A stretch of DNA of 64,000 nt from positions 3,904,001-3,968,000 of the forward strand of contig CP051526.1 in assembly GCA_050916045.1 (NCBI GenBank). The letters are read 5' to 3'. The translations under genes and the position numbers were made by a program. The notes under the pieces are model-generated. The model was not told the origin of the DNA and searched no databases. It saw only the letters and a program-made list of their open reading frames with translations. Below are positions 49,083 to 59,057 of this stretch, piece by piece (positions within the stretch are counted from its first letter, which is position 1; every line of letters starts with the position of its first letter). This stretch comes from Tepidisphaera sp. Its GTDB lineage: Bacteria > Planctomycetota > Phycisphaerae > Phycisphaerales > UBA1924.

Positions 49083-51890
49083 TTACTCCGGCTTGGGACG
49101 CTTGTTCATTTCGGCCGGCGTCAATTTGCGTCGGTTGTGGTAGAGCGGACGGATCGCCGGCTTGGCCGGTTCGGGAGCGGGCGCCGGGGGGGGCGGCGGC
49201 TTGGGCGTGCCGCTTGTCTGACCGCCCGGTCCGGAATCGCGTCCGCGATCGCCTCCACCGCGTCCGCGGCGGCGACCTCCACGGCCACCGTCTCGCCCGC
49301 CTTCACGTCCGCCTTCACGGGGGCCGTCGCGGGGTGGCTGGTTGTTCTCGCGTCGTTCATCCCCGCGGGGCGGGGTCACGGGCTTGGGCGTCGGAACTTC
49401 AGCGACAGAGTCCGGCTGAGCGCTCGCGGGAGCCGCGCCGGGAGCATTCCCGCCTGCACCCCCACCACCGCCGCGCCCGCGACGGCGACGGCGACGACGG
49501 CGTCGGCCGCCCTCACCGGGCTGCCCTTCGCCCGGCTGTGCGGGCATGCCTTCACCCTGAGGCTGATCGCCCGCGGATCCCTCGTCGGACTGGTCGAACC
49601 CGCCATCTTCCGGAGGTTCGGCGTCGGACACGCCCTCGCCGGGGAAGTCGGCGACGGGTTCATCCCCGTGATCGCCCATCGAGGAGACGATCGCTTTCGG
49701 ATTGGCATCGCCGCGCGGCCCGGCGGGACGCTGAGCGTGGCCGGAGTGATGCTGGTGCTGACCGGGAGCGGCCTGCGGCGGGTTGATTCCGTCAACGACC
49801 GCGGCGCTGCCCTCCGCACCCTGGTTGGGAGCGGCTCCGTTCGCGCCGGCGGCTCCGCCACCGCGTCCACCGCGGCGGCGACGACGGCGTCGACGGCGGC
49901 CGCCCTCGCCTTGCTCGCCCTCGCGCGGCTGTCCATCGGCGGGAGCCGCGGCTTCGCTCGTCCCGGCTTCGGGAGCGGGTGCGGGTGCCGCGGCGCGCGG
50001 CTGAGGCGGCAGGGCGGCGGGTTTTGGGGGCGGGGGCTGAGCGCCGCTGCGCTGATTCCCGCCCCGGCCCCGGCCGCGTCCGCGGCCCCGACCGCGTCGA
50101 CGGCCTTCACCGTCGAGGTTGGCGGAGATGGGCGTGCCGTCGTCGGCGTCGGGGGTGTCGATCTCGATGGGGTGCGGCTCGGCGTCGGAGGGTTCGCGGT
50201 CCATCGCCCGTTCGGCTTCGGCTTCCGCGGCTTCGGCGGCGGAGCGCTCGGCGGCGGGGTCTGCGGACCATTCGTCATCCTCTTCGGGGCCGGTGATCTC
50301 CCAGACCTTGAGGTCGGTGGGCTTCTTGGGCGCGGGGAGGCGTTCAAGGTCGATGTCGGCGCCGGCGGGGTCGTAAGCGTAGAAGCTAATGCGGTCGGGC
50401 GGGATGTCCTCGCTCACGCGCACATCCACGTGCTTGCCGCTTTCGCGCTCGATGCGGCCAAGGAGGCGTCGCTTGTTGGAGAGGAGCTCGCCGGCGACGC
50501 GCGGGGCGACGACCATCTCGACCTTTCCGATGCGCTCGTAATCGAGGATGGCGGCGAGTTCGCGGAGAGACTCGCTGGCGACGCTGTCGGGCTTCTGGAC
50601 CAGACCGCGGCCGCGGCAGGTCGGGCAGTCCGAGAAGTGGATCTGCTCGTGGCTTGAGCGCATGCGCTGCCGGGTCATCTCGAGAATGCCAAAGGGCGAG
50701 ATGGCGGCGACGGTGGTCTTGGCCCTGTCGCGCTTGAGGCGTTCGCGGAACTGGTTCTCGATATCCTTGCGGTGGCTTGCCGACCGCATGTCGATGAGGT
50801 CGTTGACGACGATGCCGCCCAGGTCTCGGAGGCGGAGCTGGCGACAGATCTCGTCGACGGCTTCGAGATTGGTTTTGTAAGCGTTGTCCTCGGCGTCGCG
50901 GGCGTCGCGGCTTTTGCCGGAGTTGACGTCGATGGCGACGAGGGCTTCGGTCTGGTCGATGACCAAGCGGCCGCCGGAGGGAAGCGGGACCTCGCGGGCG
51001 TGGATGAGGGCGATCTGGCGCTCGATGCCGAAAGCGTGGAAGATCGGGGTCTTGCCCGGGGCGTGCATGAGCTTGGTCTTCGTGCGCGGCGAGACGATCT
51101 TCATGAATCGCTCGGCGCGGGTGAGAGCCTGCTCGTTGTCGATGATGACCTCATCGGTCTCGCTGGTCAGGACGTCACGCAGGCAGCGGACGAGGAGGTC
51201 GCTTTCGGAGTAGAGCAGACGCGCTTTGCCGCCGGCTTTGCGGCGACGCTCCATGTCCTTCCAGAGGCGCTGGAGGTACGCGAGGTCGCGCTTGAGCTCG
51301 AGCTTGCTGCGGTCCATGCCGGCGGTGCGGAGGATGAACCCGAAGCCTTCGGGAAGGTCGAGCTGGTCGAGGATCTCGCGCATCTTGCGGCGGAGGTCCT
51401 CATCCTCGACCTTTCGCGACACGCCGACCTTGTCCATCTGCGGCATCATGACGAGGAACCGGCCGGGGATGGACAGGTAGCTGGTGAGCGTCGGCCCCTT
51501 GGTGCCCACGCCCTCCTTGAGGACCTGAACGATGACCTCGTCCCCCTTGCGGAGACAGGCCTGGATGGGCGGCCGCTCGCGGCGCGGGGTCTTGTGGCCG
51601 ACCTGCTCGGTCGCTTCGCCGTCCTCGCCGGGGAAGTACCGCGGGTGGAGGTCGGAGATGTGGAGGAAGCCGTTCTCCTCGAGACCGAAGTCGACGAACG
51701 CGGCCTGGATGGAGGCTTCGACGTTGTTGACGCGGCCGACGTAGATGTTTCCGACGCGGCTTGCGGAAGCGAAGCGTTCCGCGTGGAGTTCCTCGAGTTT
51801 GCCGTCCTCGACGATGGCGACCCGGCACTCTTCGCCGGGAACGTAGTTGATGACCATCTGGTGCTTGGACTGATTCGCGCTGGCGCCCAT
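49083..51890 (-). CDS. rne: Ribonuclease E/G family with long disordered C-terminal region
   Basis: GNIYVGRV, AAFVDFG (S1), AIDVNSG, RLRDLGG, EMTRQR, CPTCRGRG, followed by an Arg/Gly/Pro-rich tail. Confidence 0.93.
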   Translation of the reverse strand: MGASANQSKHQMVINYVPGEECRVAIVEDGKLEELHAERFASASRVGNIYVGRVNNVEASIQAAFVDFGLEENGFLHISDLHPRYFPGEDGEATEQVGHKTPRRERPPIQACLRKGDEVIVQVLKEGVGTKGPTLTSYLSIPGRFLVMMPQMDKVGVSRKVEDEDLRRKMREILDQLDLPEGFGFILRTAGMDRSKLELKRDLAYLQRLWKDMERRRKAGGKARLLYSESDLLVRCLRDVLTSETDEVIIDNEQALTRAERFMKIVSPRTKTKLMHAPGKTPIFHAFGIERQIALIHAREVPLPSGGRLVIDQTEALVAIDVNSGKSRDARDAEDNAYKTNLEAVDEICRQLRLRDLGGIVVNDLIDMRSASHRKDIENQFRERLKRDRAKTTVAAISPFGILEMTRQRMRSSHEQIHFSDCPTCRGRGLVQKPDSVASESLRELAAILDYERIGKVEMVVAPRVAGELLSNKRRLLGRIERESGKHVDVRVSEDIPPDRISFYAYDPAGADIDLERLPAPKKPTDLKVWEITGPEEDDEWSADPAAERSAAEAAEAEAERAMDREPSDAEPHPIEIDTPDADDGTPISANLDGEGRRRGRGRGRGRGRGGNQRSGAQPPPPKPAALPPQPRAAAPAPAPEAGTSEAAAPADGQPREGEQGEGGRRRRRRRRRGGRGGGAAGANGAAPNQGAEGSAAVVDGINPPQAAPGQHQHHSGHAQRPAGPRGDANPKAIVSSMGDHGDEPVADFPGEGVSDAEPPEDGGFDQSDEGSAGDQPQGEGMPAQPGEGQPGEGGRRRRRRRRRGRGGGGGAGGNAPGAAPASAQPDSVAEVPTPKPVTPPRGDERRENNQPPRDGPREGGREGGRDGGRGGRRRGRGGGDRGRDSGPGGQTSGTPKPPPPPAPAPEPAKPAIRPLYHNRRKLTPAEMNKRPKPE

Positions 51891-52186
51891 GTGACGCGCT
51901 CCTTCATGAGCGCGGGCTCGCCGTCGAATGAGCACAGATCGGGTCACAAACCTCCGCGGCCCACGAGCCCGGCGCGGCCGGTGCTCTCAACTTGGCCCGG
52001 ACACTCGCCGGGCCGCCGCGGATTCCGCCGGAGTCCGTCGCGGGGGAGCCGCTCGGTCTCGGGCCTTCGATCCTGGGGGGCGGGACGCGATTCCTCGCGT
52101 TCTTCCTGCCCCTCCTTGATCGGAGTGGTTCGTTCGTCCGGTCCGGTGCGTGTCGCGCCGTCCCGCGTTTTTCGTTCCCGTCAGCT

Positions 52187-54010
52187 TCAGGCGGTCCGTC
52201 CGTCGAACGCCTCGGGGATGATCTTTCGAGCCTGATCGCGGAGGTAACCCGCGATCGCCTGCTCGGAATCGAACGCCATCGCCTGTCGGGCGATCCGCTC
52301 GCACTGCTCCACCTTCACGCTCCGCACCAGACGCTTGAGCGACGGGATCGCGGAACTCGACACCGAGAGCGTACGCAACCCTAACCCCAGGAGCAAGAGG
52401 GCAAACTCTAGATCGGCCGCCGACTCCCCGCAGCATGAAACAGGGATCTTCCGGCGGCGGGCCATCCGGGTCACGTCCCGAATCAGCCTCAAAACGGCCG
52501 GGTGCATCGGCGTGTACAGGTCCGCAATCCGCTCGTTGGTCCGGTCCACCGCAAGCGTGTACTGCACCAGGTCGTTGGTCCCGATCGAGAAGAAATCGAC
52601 CTCCCGGGCGAAAGCGTCCGCCATCAGGGCCGCCGAGGGCACCTCCACCATCATCCCCACCTGGATCTTCTCATCGAAGGGGATCGAGTCCTCGGCGAGG
52701 TCCTCCATCACGTCGTTGAGCAGGTGCCTCGCACGCCGAAGCTCGGAAAGCGATGTCACCAGCGGGAACATGACTTTGATGGGCCCCAGCGCCGAAGCGC
52801 GAAGCAGCGCACGGAGCTGAAGCCTGAACATCGGCAGGTTGCGCAGGCAGTACCGGATCGATCGGTTGCCCAGGAACGGATTCCGCTCCGGCGTGTCCTG
52901 GCGCGACTGGGTCATCTTGTCCGCCCCAAGATCGACCGTGCGGATCGTGAGCGGCCTGCCCTTGAGAGCCTCGACGGCTTTCTTGTACGCTTGGAAATGG
53001 TCGCGCTCCGTCGGCTCCGCCTGATTCATCAGGTACAGGTACTCGGTGCGGTAAAGGCCCACTCCGGTGCCGCCCATGGAAAGCACTTCGGCGGCCTGCT
53101 CGGGGAACTCGATATTGCCGACAAGCTCGATCTCGGTGCCGTCGGCGGTCTTGCTGGGGAGGTTGCTCAGGTCGCTGAGCGAAAGCTGGAACAGGCGTCG
53201 CTGCTCGATCCTCGCTTTGTACTGCGTCAGCGTGGCGGCGTCGGGATTGACGATCACCATCCCGTGATCGCCGTCGAGGATCGCCGTGGCGCCCTCCGTC
53301 GCCGCTCGCACCAGATCCTGACATCCGACGACGGCGGGGATGTTGAGGGCGCGAGCGACGATCGCGGTGTGGCTGGTGCGCCCTCCGAGGTCGGTCGCGA
53401 ACCCAAGGATCTTCTTGCGGTCAAGACCGGCGGTCAGGGACGGGGTCAGGTCGCTCGCGACCACGATCGTGTCCTTGTCCGCTTTGGCAAGCCTGCTTTC
53501 CTTGCGGCCCGAGAGGTGACCGAGCAAACGGTTGGCGAGGTCGTCGATGTCGTTGACCTTGGTGGTGAAAGCGGACTCGCGCGAGTGCCGGAACTTCTCG
53601 GCGAGCTGGCCGAGCACCTGACTCACGGCGTACTCGGCGGTGACCTCTTCGCTCTCGATCATCGACTTGACGGGCGCGGTGAAGGTGCGCCGGTCGGACA
53701 TCATGGCGATGTGCACGAGGAAGATCTTGGCCGCTTCCTCGCCCATCTCCTTGCGGGCCGACTCGAACACGGCTTGAAGCTCGGTGGTGGAGTCCTTGAC
53801 GGCGCGTTCGAAGCGAGCGATCTCCGCGGGCACGGCGGCCGCCGAGACCTGGCGCTTGGTGATTCGGTGGATATCGTCTTCGAGCAGGAGGACCCGGCCG
53901 ATCACGATACCGGGGGAGACGGCCAGGCCGCGGTGGCTGCTGAGAGGCGCCTGGGGGGCTTGGGCGGCCTGGACGGCGGTGGGAGTCGGCTTGGAAGGTG
54001 ATTTCGCCAA
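52187..54010 (-). CDS. ptsI: PEP-protein phosphotransferase (PTS enzyme I)
   Basis: GGRTSHTAIVAR phospho-His motif, GVGLYRTEYLY, ERNPFLGNR, FSIGTNDLVQY, CCGESA; TTG start uncertain. Confidence 0.95.
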   Translation of the reverse strand: MAKSPSKPTPTAVQAAQAPQAPLSSHRGLAVSPGIVIGRVLLLEDDIHRITKRQVSAAAVPAEIARFERAVKDSTTELQAVFESARKEMGEEAAKIFLVHIAMMSDRRTFTAPVKSMIESEEVTAEYAVSQVLGQLAEKFRHSRESAFTTKVNDIDDLANRLLGHLSGRKESRLAKADKDTIVVASDLTPSLTAGLDRKKILGFATDLGGRTSHTAIVARALNIPAVVGCQDLVRAATEGATAILDGDHGMVIVNPDAATLTQYKARIEQRRLFQLSLSDLSNLPSKTADGTEIELVGNIEFPEQAAEVLSMGGTGVGLYRTEYLYLMNQAEPTERDHFQAYKKAVEALKGRPLTIRTVDLGADKMTQSRQDTPERNPFLGNRSIRYCLRNLPMFRLQLRALLRASALGPIKVMFPLVTSLSELRRARHLLNDVMEDLAEDSIPFDEKIQVGMMVEVPSAALMADAFAREVDFFSIGTNDLVQYTLAVDRTNERIADLYTPMHPAVLRLIRDVTRMARRRKIPVSCCGESAADLEFALLLLGLGLRTLSVSSSAIPSLKRLVRSVKVEQCERIARQAMAFDSEQAIAGYLRDQARKIIPEAFDGRTA

Positions 54011-54471
54011 GGACGGAGTTTAACGGCGCGGATGGCCGGTGTCGCCCTCAACGATTTTCGGATTTTGCTTGACTTTCGACTGGAACCGTGTTCTGATTAT
54101 GCCGAAGATTCCCTTGGGGCGGCTCCGTCCGGGGCCTGACGCGGGTTTCGCGACCAACTCAGAACGGTCTGTGGATGCGGAACGTGACGCTGTCACGGGC
54201 TTGGGCGGGCTTTCAAGGGTTTCGGCGCGTTCCACGCGGGGCGCCGGTGTTGATGGGCGGTGTCGGCGGGGCTTTGGTCCATGATGGCGATGTGGATGGG
54301 CGTAAACGCTCCTCCCACGCTTTGAGTCTTTGCGTTCGTGCTGAAAGCCCAAACGTCGGCCTGGTCGCTTTGTCGCGACCATGACTCTGTTCGACGTGGG
54401 CGCCCTCGATCATGTGCTCGATCAAGAGTGCGTTCGGCGCACGCGTGCGTGATCTGGCAAGGAGGTCGGCA

Positions 54472-55725
54472 GTGGAGATTGGTGGTCCCAGGCGTCGCCG
54501 GAGACGGCGCGGACGCGGTGGTGGTGGTGGTGGCGGTGGCAACGGCAACGTTCAGAGCCAGCAAGGCTTCTCTACGGAGCAAGGCCAGCACCCCGCGCCC
54601 AACCAGAGCAGCCAAGGCCACCGCCAGGGTGGCCAGCCGAATCAGAACCAGAACAACCAGCGCCAGCCGTACAAGCTTGGCTCGGCCCTCCCGCCGCTTC
54701 CCGCCGGGCTCAAGCCCTGGGACCAGCTCACGGTCATCGACCCTCAGCCGCGCATCACCCTCGAGTACCCCGGCTGCCCCGCTTCGTGCCGCCTGATCGA
54801 CCTCTTCTGCCCCATTGGACGCGGCCAGCGGGCCCTGATCGTCTCCCCGCCCAAAGCCGGCAAGACCACGCTCCTCAAGGACATCGCCATCTCGGTGCTC
54901 CGCAATCACCCGGCGATCGAGCTCGTCGTCCTCCTGATCGATGAACGGCCGGAAGAGGTCACCGACTTTCGGCGCACGCTCGCGGCGTACGAAGAACGCC
55001 TCGCCGCCGATGTCGCGTGGGGGCAAGCCGCCGCCAAGGACATGGGCCTCCATCATGACCAGACGGGCACCGGGCAGGCCGCCGCGGGCCACAGCATGAT
55101 GGGCGGCTTCGGCGTCCAGATCGTCTCCCCGCGATGCAAGATCATCGCCAGCAGCAACGACCACGGCACCGACAAGCACGTCGAGGTCGCTCTCAAGGCC
55201 GCCGAATACGGCAAACGCCAGGTCGAACTCGGCAAGCACGTCGTCATCCTGCTTGATTCGCTCACGCGCCTTGGCCGCGCCTTCAACCAAAGCCGCAAGC
55301 ACGCCAACTCCGGCCGCATCATGACCGGCGGCCTCGACAGCAAAGCCCTCGAAGTCCCGCGGCAGATCTTCGGATCCGCTCGCAACACCGAGGAAGCCGG
55401 CAGCCTCACGATCATCGCGAGCTGCCTGGTCGACACCGGATCGGCGGCCGATCAGATCATCTTCGAGGAGTTCAAGGGTTCGGGAAACATGGAGCTCATC
55501 CTCGATCGCAAGATCGCGGAGCGCAGGCTCTTCCCCGCGATCAACCTCGCCGAAAGCGGAACGCGCAAGGAAGAGAAGATGATGAGCGAGTCGGAAGTCA
55601 AGACGATGACCGCCCTCCGCCGTCGCTTGCTCCAGATGCCCCCGCCCGTGCAGGTCGAACAGCTACTCGCGGCGATGGGTCGGTTCCCGACCAACGCGGC
55701 GCTCGTCGGCGGCGCGAGCGCCTGA
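54472..55725 (+). CDS. rho: Transcription termination factor Rho homologue lacking the canonical N-terminal RNA-binding domain
   Basis: PIGRGQRALIVSPPKAGKT, LLIDERPEEVTD, LLDSLTRL, GSARN, FEEFKGSGNME; AAGGAGG SD before GTG 54472. Confidence 0.9.
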   Translation: MEIGGPRRRRRRRGRGGGGGGGGNGNVQSQQGFSTEQGQHPAPNQSSQGHRQGGQPNQNQNNQRQPYKLGSALPPLPAGLKPWDQLTVIDPQPRITLEYPGCPASCRLIDLFCPIGRGQRALIVSPPKAGKTTLLKDIAISVLRNHPAIELVVLLIDERPEEVTDFRRTLAAYEERLAADVAWGQAAAKDMGLHHDQTGTGQAAAGHSMMGGFGVQIVSPRCKIIASSNDHGTDKHVEVALKAAEYGKRQVELGKHVVILLDSLTRLGRAFNQSRKHANSGRIMTGGLDSKALEVPRQIFGSARNTEEAGSLTIIASCLVDTGSAADQIIFEEFKGSGNMELILDRKIAERRLFPAINLAESGTRKEEKMMSESEVKTMTALRRRLLQMPPPVQVEQLLAAMGRFPTNAALVGGASA

Positions 55726-55755
55726 GAAGCGGCGCTTCGCGTTCGACCAACCTCT

Positions 55756-56805
55756 TCAGATCTTCTTGAGCTTGGTCACGCGGCCCACCTCGACCCATTC
55801 GACGACGAAGATGTTGCCGTCCTTGTCGAAAGCGGCGGAATGCGGGCAGATGAACTTGCCGGGGATGAATTTCTCGCGTGCTTCGCCGCGCAGGTTGCCG
55901 TTGCCGCCGTCGCCGAGGTGAGCCAGCAACTTGTTGCTCTTGTCCAGAAGCGTGACGCGGGCTTCGAGGTCCGGAACCAGCAGCACGTCACCGCGGATGT
56001 CGAAATGGCACGGCAGGCGAAGCTCATCGGTCACGAAACCGAGGTGGCGGCCATCCAAGCTGAAGCTCTGGAGGCGACGGTTGGACCGGTCGGCGACGAG
56101 CACGGTCGGGGTCCCGCTCCGCGTGTCGATCACGATGCCGTGGGGGCAACTGACCTGCCCGCGCTCCTTGCCGGGGCCGCCGAAGGAGTTCTGGTACTCG
56201 CCCTTGGCGTTGTACCGATGGATCCACGACTTGCCGTATCCGTCCGCGACATAGACATCGCCCCCGGGGCCCCATGAGCCCGCCGGAACGACCGCGACGT
56301 TCGTCGGCTTGTACTCGCCCTTGTTCGCGTAGCAGCCCGAGGCTTCGGGCCAGGCAAAGTCGAGGATGAGCTTGCCGTCAAGATCGGTCTTCTGGACGAC
56401 GCCACGGTTGCAGTCAGCAAGCCAGAGAGCCTGGCTTTCCTTCTCCTTGGCGATCGAGAGGCCGTGGGCTCCGCCTTTGTACTCCGGAGCCCAAGACCGG
56501 ATGAACTTGCCCTCGGGGTCGAAGACGCACATGGCGTCTGGGGTCTGGCTGGAAGAATGCACCGTGTGTTTGATGTGGCAGCGGCCCTGGGCATCGAAAG
56601 CGACACCGTGACAGTTGCCAAACGCGTGGGTCTTGGGCAGGACGGCCCAGTCATGGATGCACTCGTAGGTGTGCTCACCGGACCCGACGAGGACCGGGCC
56701 CAAGCCGGACTTGTTGGAAGCCCGGGCGGCCGGGGCTTTCCCCAAGAGAGCGACGGCCGCGGCGGTGCCGGCGGACTGGACGAAATGGCGGCGAGAAATG
56801 GACAT
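55756..56805 (-). CDS. Tat-exported NHL-repeat beta-propeller protein (peptidyl-amidating-lyase-like fold)
   Basis: SRRHFV twin-arginine signal, YVADGYG, CPHGI, VADRSNRRLQ, CPHSAAFD. Confidence 0.85.
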   Translation of the reverse strand: MSISRRHFVQSAGTAAAVALLGKAPAARASNKSGLGPVLVGSGEHTYECIHDWAVLPKTHAFGNCHGVAFDAQGRCHIKHTVHSSSQTPDAMCVFDPEGKFIRSWAPEYKGGAHGLSIAKEKESQALWLADCNRGVVQKTDLDGKLILDFAWPEASGCYANKGEYKPTNVAVVPAGSWGPGGDVYVADGYGKSWIHRYNAKGEYQNSFGGPGKERGQVSCPHGIVIDTRSGTPTVLVADRSNRRLQSFSLDGRHLGFVTDELRLPCHFDIRGDVLLVPDLEARVTLLDKSNKLLAHLGDGGNGNLRGEAREKFIPGKFICPHSAAFDKDGNIFVVEWVEVGRVTKLKKI

Positions 56806-57355
56806 GGCGCGATCCTCCGGCCCCGAACCCCGCGTGTCTTTATACCTCAAGGCGAGCCGCGCCGCTCGGCCCGGGCACGGGCGGGGAGTTTTTCTCGATG
56901 CGCCGGGAACCGAGAGTCCCAAACGCCCGAACCGAAAGGAACTCCGTCTGTTTCTGCACGGAGCGTCGGGGTCCGGCGACATTTGCTCGCTTGCCTAAAC
57001 CGTCCTTATTGATTTGATCCGCGCGACGGATCGTCGAGGGACCCTGAACACAATCTGGTCGATGTCGGGCTGCGAATCCGCGGCGCGGTTTGGCCGCGCT
57101 CCGGCTCCGGGCGGGGTGGGCCCGCAGGAATCGCAAGCCGGTCTGTACTCCGGCGGTCAAGGCCTCCGGCGCTGTCGGTCGTCCGCGTCTTGCCGGCCGA
57201 CGGTCGCCGTTCCTAACCGTCGGGGCTTGAAGTTTGTGTTCAGATATGCGCCCGGCGCTTTCGCGCTGGCTCCGCCTCGGCGTCCTGCCGGCGGAGTCGG
57301 GCCGCACGGGGTGGGGTCTCCCTCCTTCGGGATGGGCTGCGTTTGGGAGTCGGTC

Positions 57356-57601
57356 ATGAAGCTGTCGGCCAAGCATGCAAAGGTGATGGCGGAAGCCCTG
57401 AAAGCTCTCCGCGCGGGAAACGGGCGCAAGTTCGACGACGTGCTCTGGCTTGGCTTGGGCGATGGATGCGCTGAGGCGTACACCGCCCTGACGCGGCACG
57501 GGTACATCGCCAACGAAGCCGACATCGAGCAGGTCCAGTTGACCGACCGCGGCGTGCTCTTTCTCCACAAGCTGACCGAGTCGATCGTGCTGGTGGCGTG
57601 A
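57356..57601 (+). CDS. Small hypothetical protein, winged-helix-like (81 aa)
   Basis: GGGAG SD, strong coding codon bias, LTRHGYI...LTDRG wing-like motif. Confidence 0.7.
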   Translation: MKLSAKHAKVMAEALKALRAGNGRKFDDVLWLGLGDGCAEAYTALTRHGYIANEADIEQVQLTDRGVLFLHKLTESIVLVA

Positions 57602-57730
57602 GCCTCCCCATCGAGCGTCGGAAGAAGGGCGGGGGCGGGCCGAAAGGCCCGGTCACATTCTCCCCGGAACCCTCCCGCCCTTCTTCGGTCGCTCGAGCGA
57701 TTCCGACCATCGCCCGTGTAGACTCCGTCC

Positions 57731-58396
57731 ATGTCCACCCTCACCGCCGATGAGATCCGCGTCCTCGGGGTGCTCGTCGAGAAAGCCCTCACGACCCCCG
57801 CTCAGTACCCCCTCAGCCTCAACGCCGTCGCCGTCGGCTGTTCACAGAAGAACAACCGCAATCCGGTCCAGGAATTCACCGAGGACCGGGTCTACGACGC
57901 GCTGGACAAGCTGAAAGCCAAGGGCCTCGTCCGCGAAGCGATGCTGAGCGGAAGCCGGGTCGCCAAGTTCCGGCAGGTGGCTCTCGAAACCCTCAAGGTC
58001 ACGATGACCGAGCTTGTGGTCTTGGCCGAGCTCATGCTTCGGGGCCCGCAAACGGTCGGCGAGATCCGCGGGAACGCTTCGCGGATGCACCCGATTGAGA
58101 GCTTGGAGTCATGCCAAGCGGTGCTGGACGGTTTGATGCGGCGAGGCTCGGACGCGGGCGGCCTGATCGCGGGGCCTCTCGTGAAGGAGGTCGCCCCATC
58201 GCCGGGGTCTCGGGCTCGGCTGTTTGCTCAGCTTCTGTCGCCGGATGCGCATCCCGTTGGAGCCGCACCATTCGACTCAGGTTCGCGAGTTGGTGCGCCC
58301 TCCGCATCCGCAGCCGATCTTGCCGGCATTCTCTCGCGGCTCATCTCGGTTGAGAAAAGGCTTGCACGAATCGAATCAAGACTTGGTTTGAGTTAA
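57731..58396 (+). CDS. YceH / DUF480 family protein
   Basis: EIRVLGVLVEKALTTPAQYPLSLN, CSQKNNRNPV, LMLRGPQTVGEIR. Confidence 0.92.
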   Translation: MSTLTADEIRVLGVLVEKALTTPAQYPLSLNAVAVGCSQKNNRNPVQEFTEDRVYDALDKLKAKGLVREAMLSGSRVAKFRQVALETLKVTMTELVVLAELMLRGPQTVGEIRGNASRMHPIESLESCQAVLDGLMRRGSDAGGLIAGPLVKEVAPSPGSRARLFAQLLSPDAHPVGAAPFDSGSRVGAPSASAADLAGILSRLISVEKRLARIESRLGLS

Positions 58397-58941
58397 TCCA
58401 CCGTCACGAGAGGCCTGAGCTTCTCAAGCTTGGACGGGCCGATTCCCGAGACCTTGTCGAGCTCGGAGATGGTGCGGAATTTGCCGTGCTTGGTGCGGTA
58501 CTCGATGATCGCGAGCGCCGTCGCTTTGCCAACGCCCGGGAGCAGATCGAGCTCCTCGGCCGTCGCGGTGTTGAGGTTGATCTTCGTGGTGAGCGTCTTG
58601 GCTTGCCGCGTGTCTTCCGCCGCCGGTTCTGAAGCAGGCTTTTCAGCGGCGGGAGTCACAACGGTGCTCGCGAGAGCGGCCGGGCCCGCGGCAAGCGGCT
58701 CGCCTCCGATCTCGGTCGCGACGGGAACGACGGGCGGCGGCACGTTGACGATGATCGTCGGCGGCAGCGCGGGAGTCGCGACGGGAACGGGTGCCGGCTT
58801 GTCGAGCATGGCGGGCGATGGCGACGGCCAGACGGCCCACGCGAGACCGACTATCGCCGCGCCGCCGAGCACACCCACCGCGGCCCAGACCGCGGGGCTC
58901 TTCCGGGATTGACTCACCATCGGCAGGTCGCCATCATCCAT
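58393..58941 (-). CDS. comEA: ComEA-family helix-hairpin-helix DNA-binding protein
   Basis: TM segment, Pro/Ala linker, INLNTATAEELDLLPGVG...KVSGIGP. Confidence 0.88.
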   Translation of the reverse strand: MDDGDLPMVSQSRKSPAVWAAVGVLGGAAIVGLAWAVWPSPSPAMLDKPAPVPVATPALPPTIIVNVPPPVVPVATEIGGEPLAAGPAALASTVVTPAAEKPASEPAAEDTRQAKTLTTKINLNTATAEELDLLPGVGKATALAIIEYRTKHGKFRTISELDKVSGIGPSKLEKLRPLVTVD

Positions 58942-59057
58942 GCTCGGAGCATACTGGATGAACATCCCTCTGCCAAGCGGGCTCAATACAAGTTGCTTTG
59001 GGCCTGCTCGAAAGTGTGCTTTGCGGGATCAAGTTGGCACAATATTGTGCCGTGATC

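Noticed and set aside
47805..50657. 950-aa plus-strand ORF
   Set aside because: Antisense to dxr and rne; low-complexity GC-rich shadow
54020..54470. Missing Rho N-terminal domain encoded upstream via a frameshift
   Set aside because: No Rho-like motifs seen by eye upstream, and a strong SD precedes GTG 54472; an HMM check is still advisable
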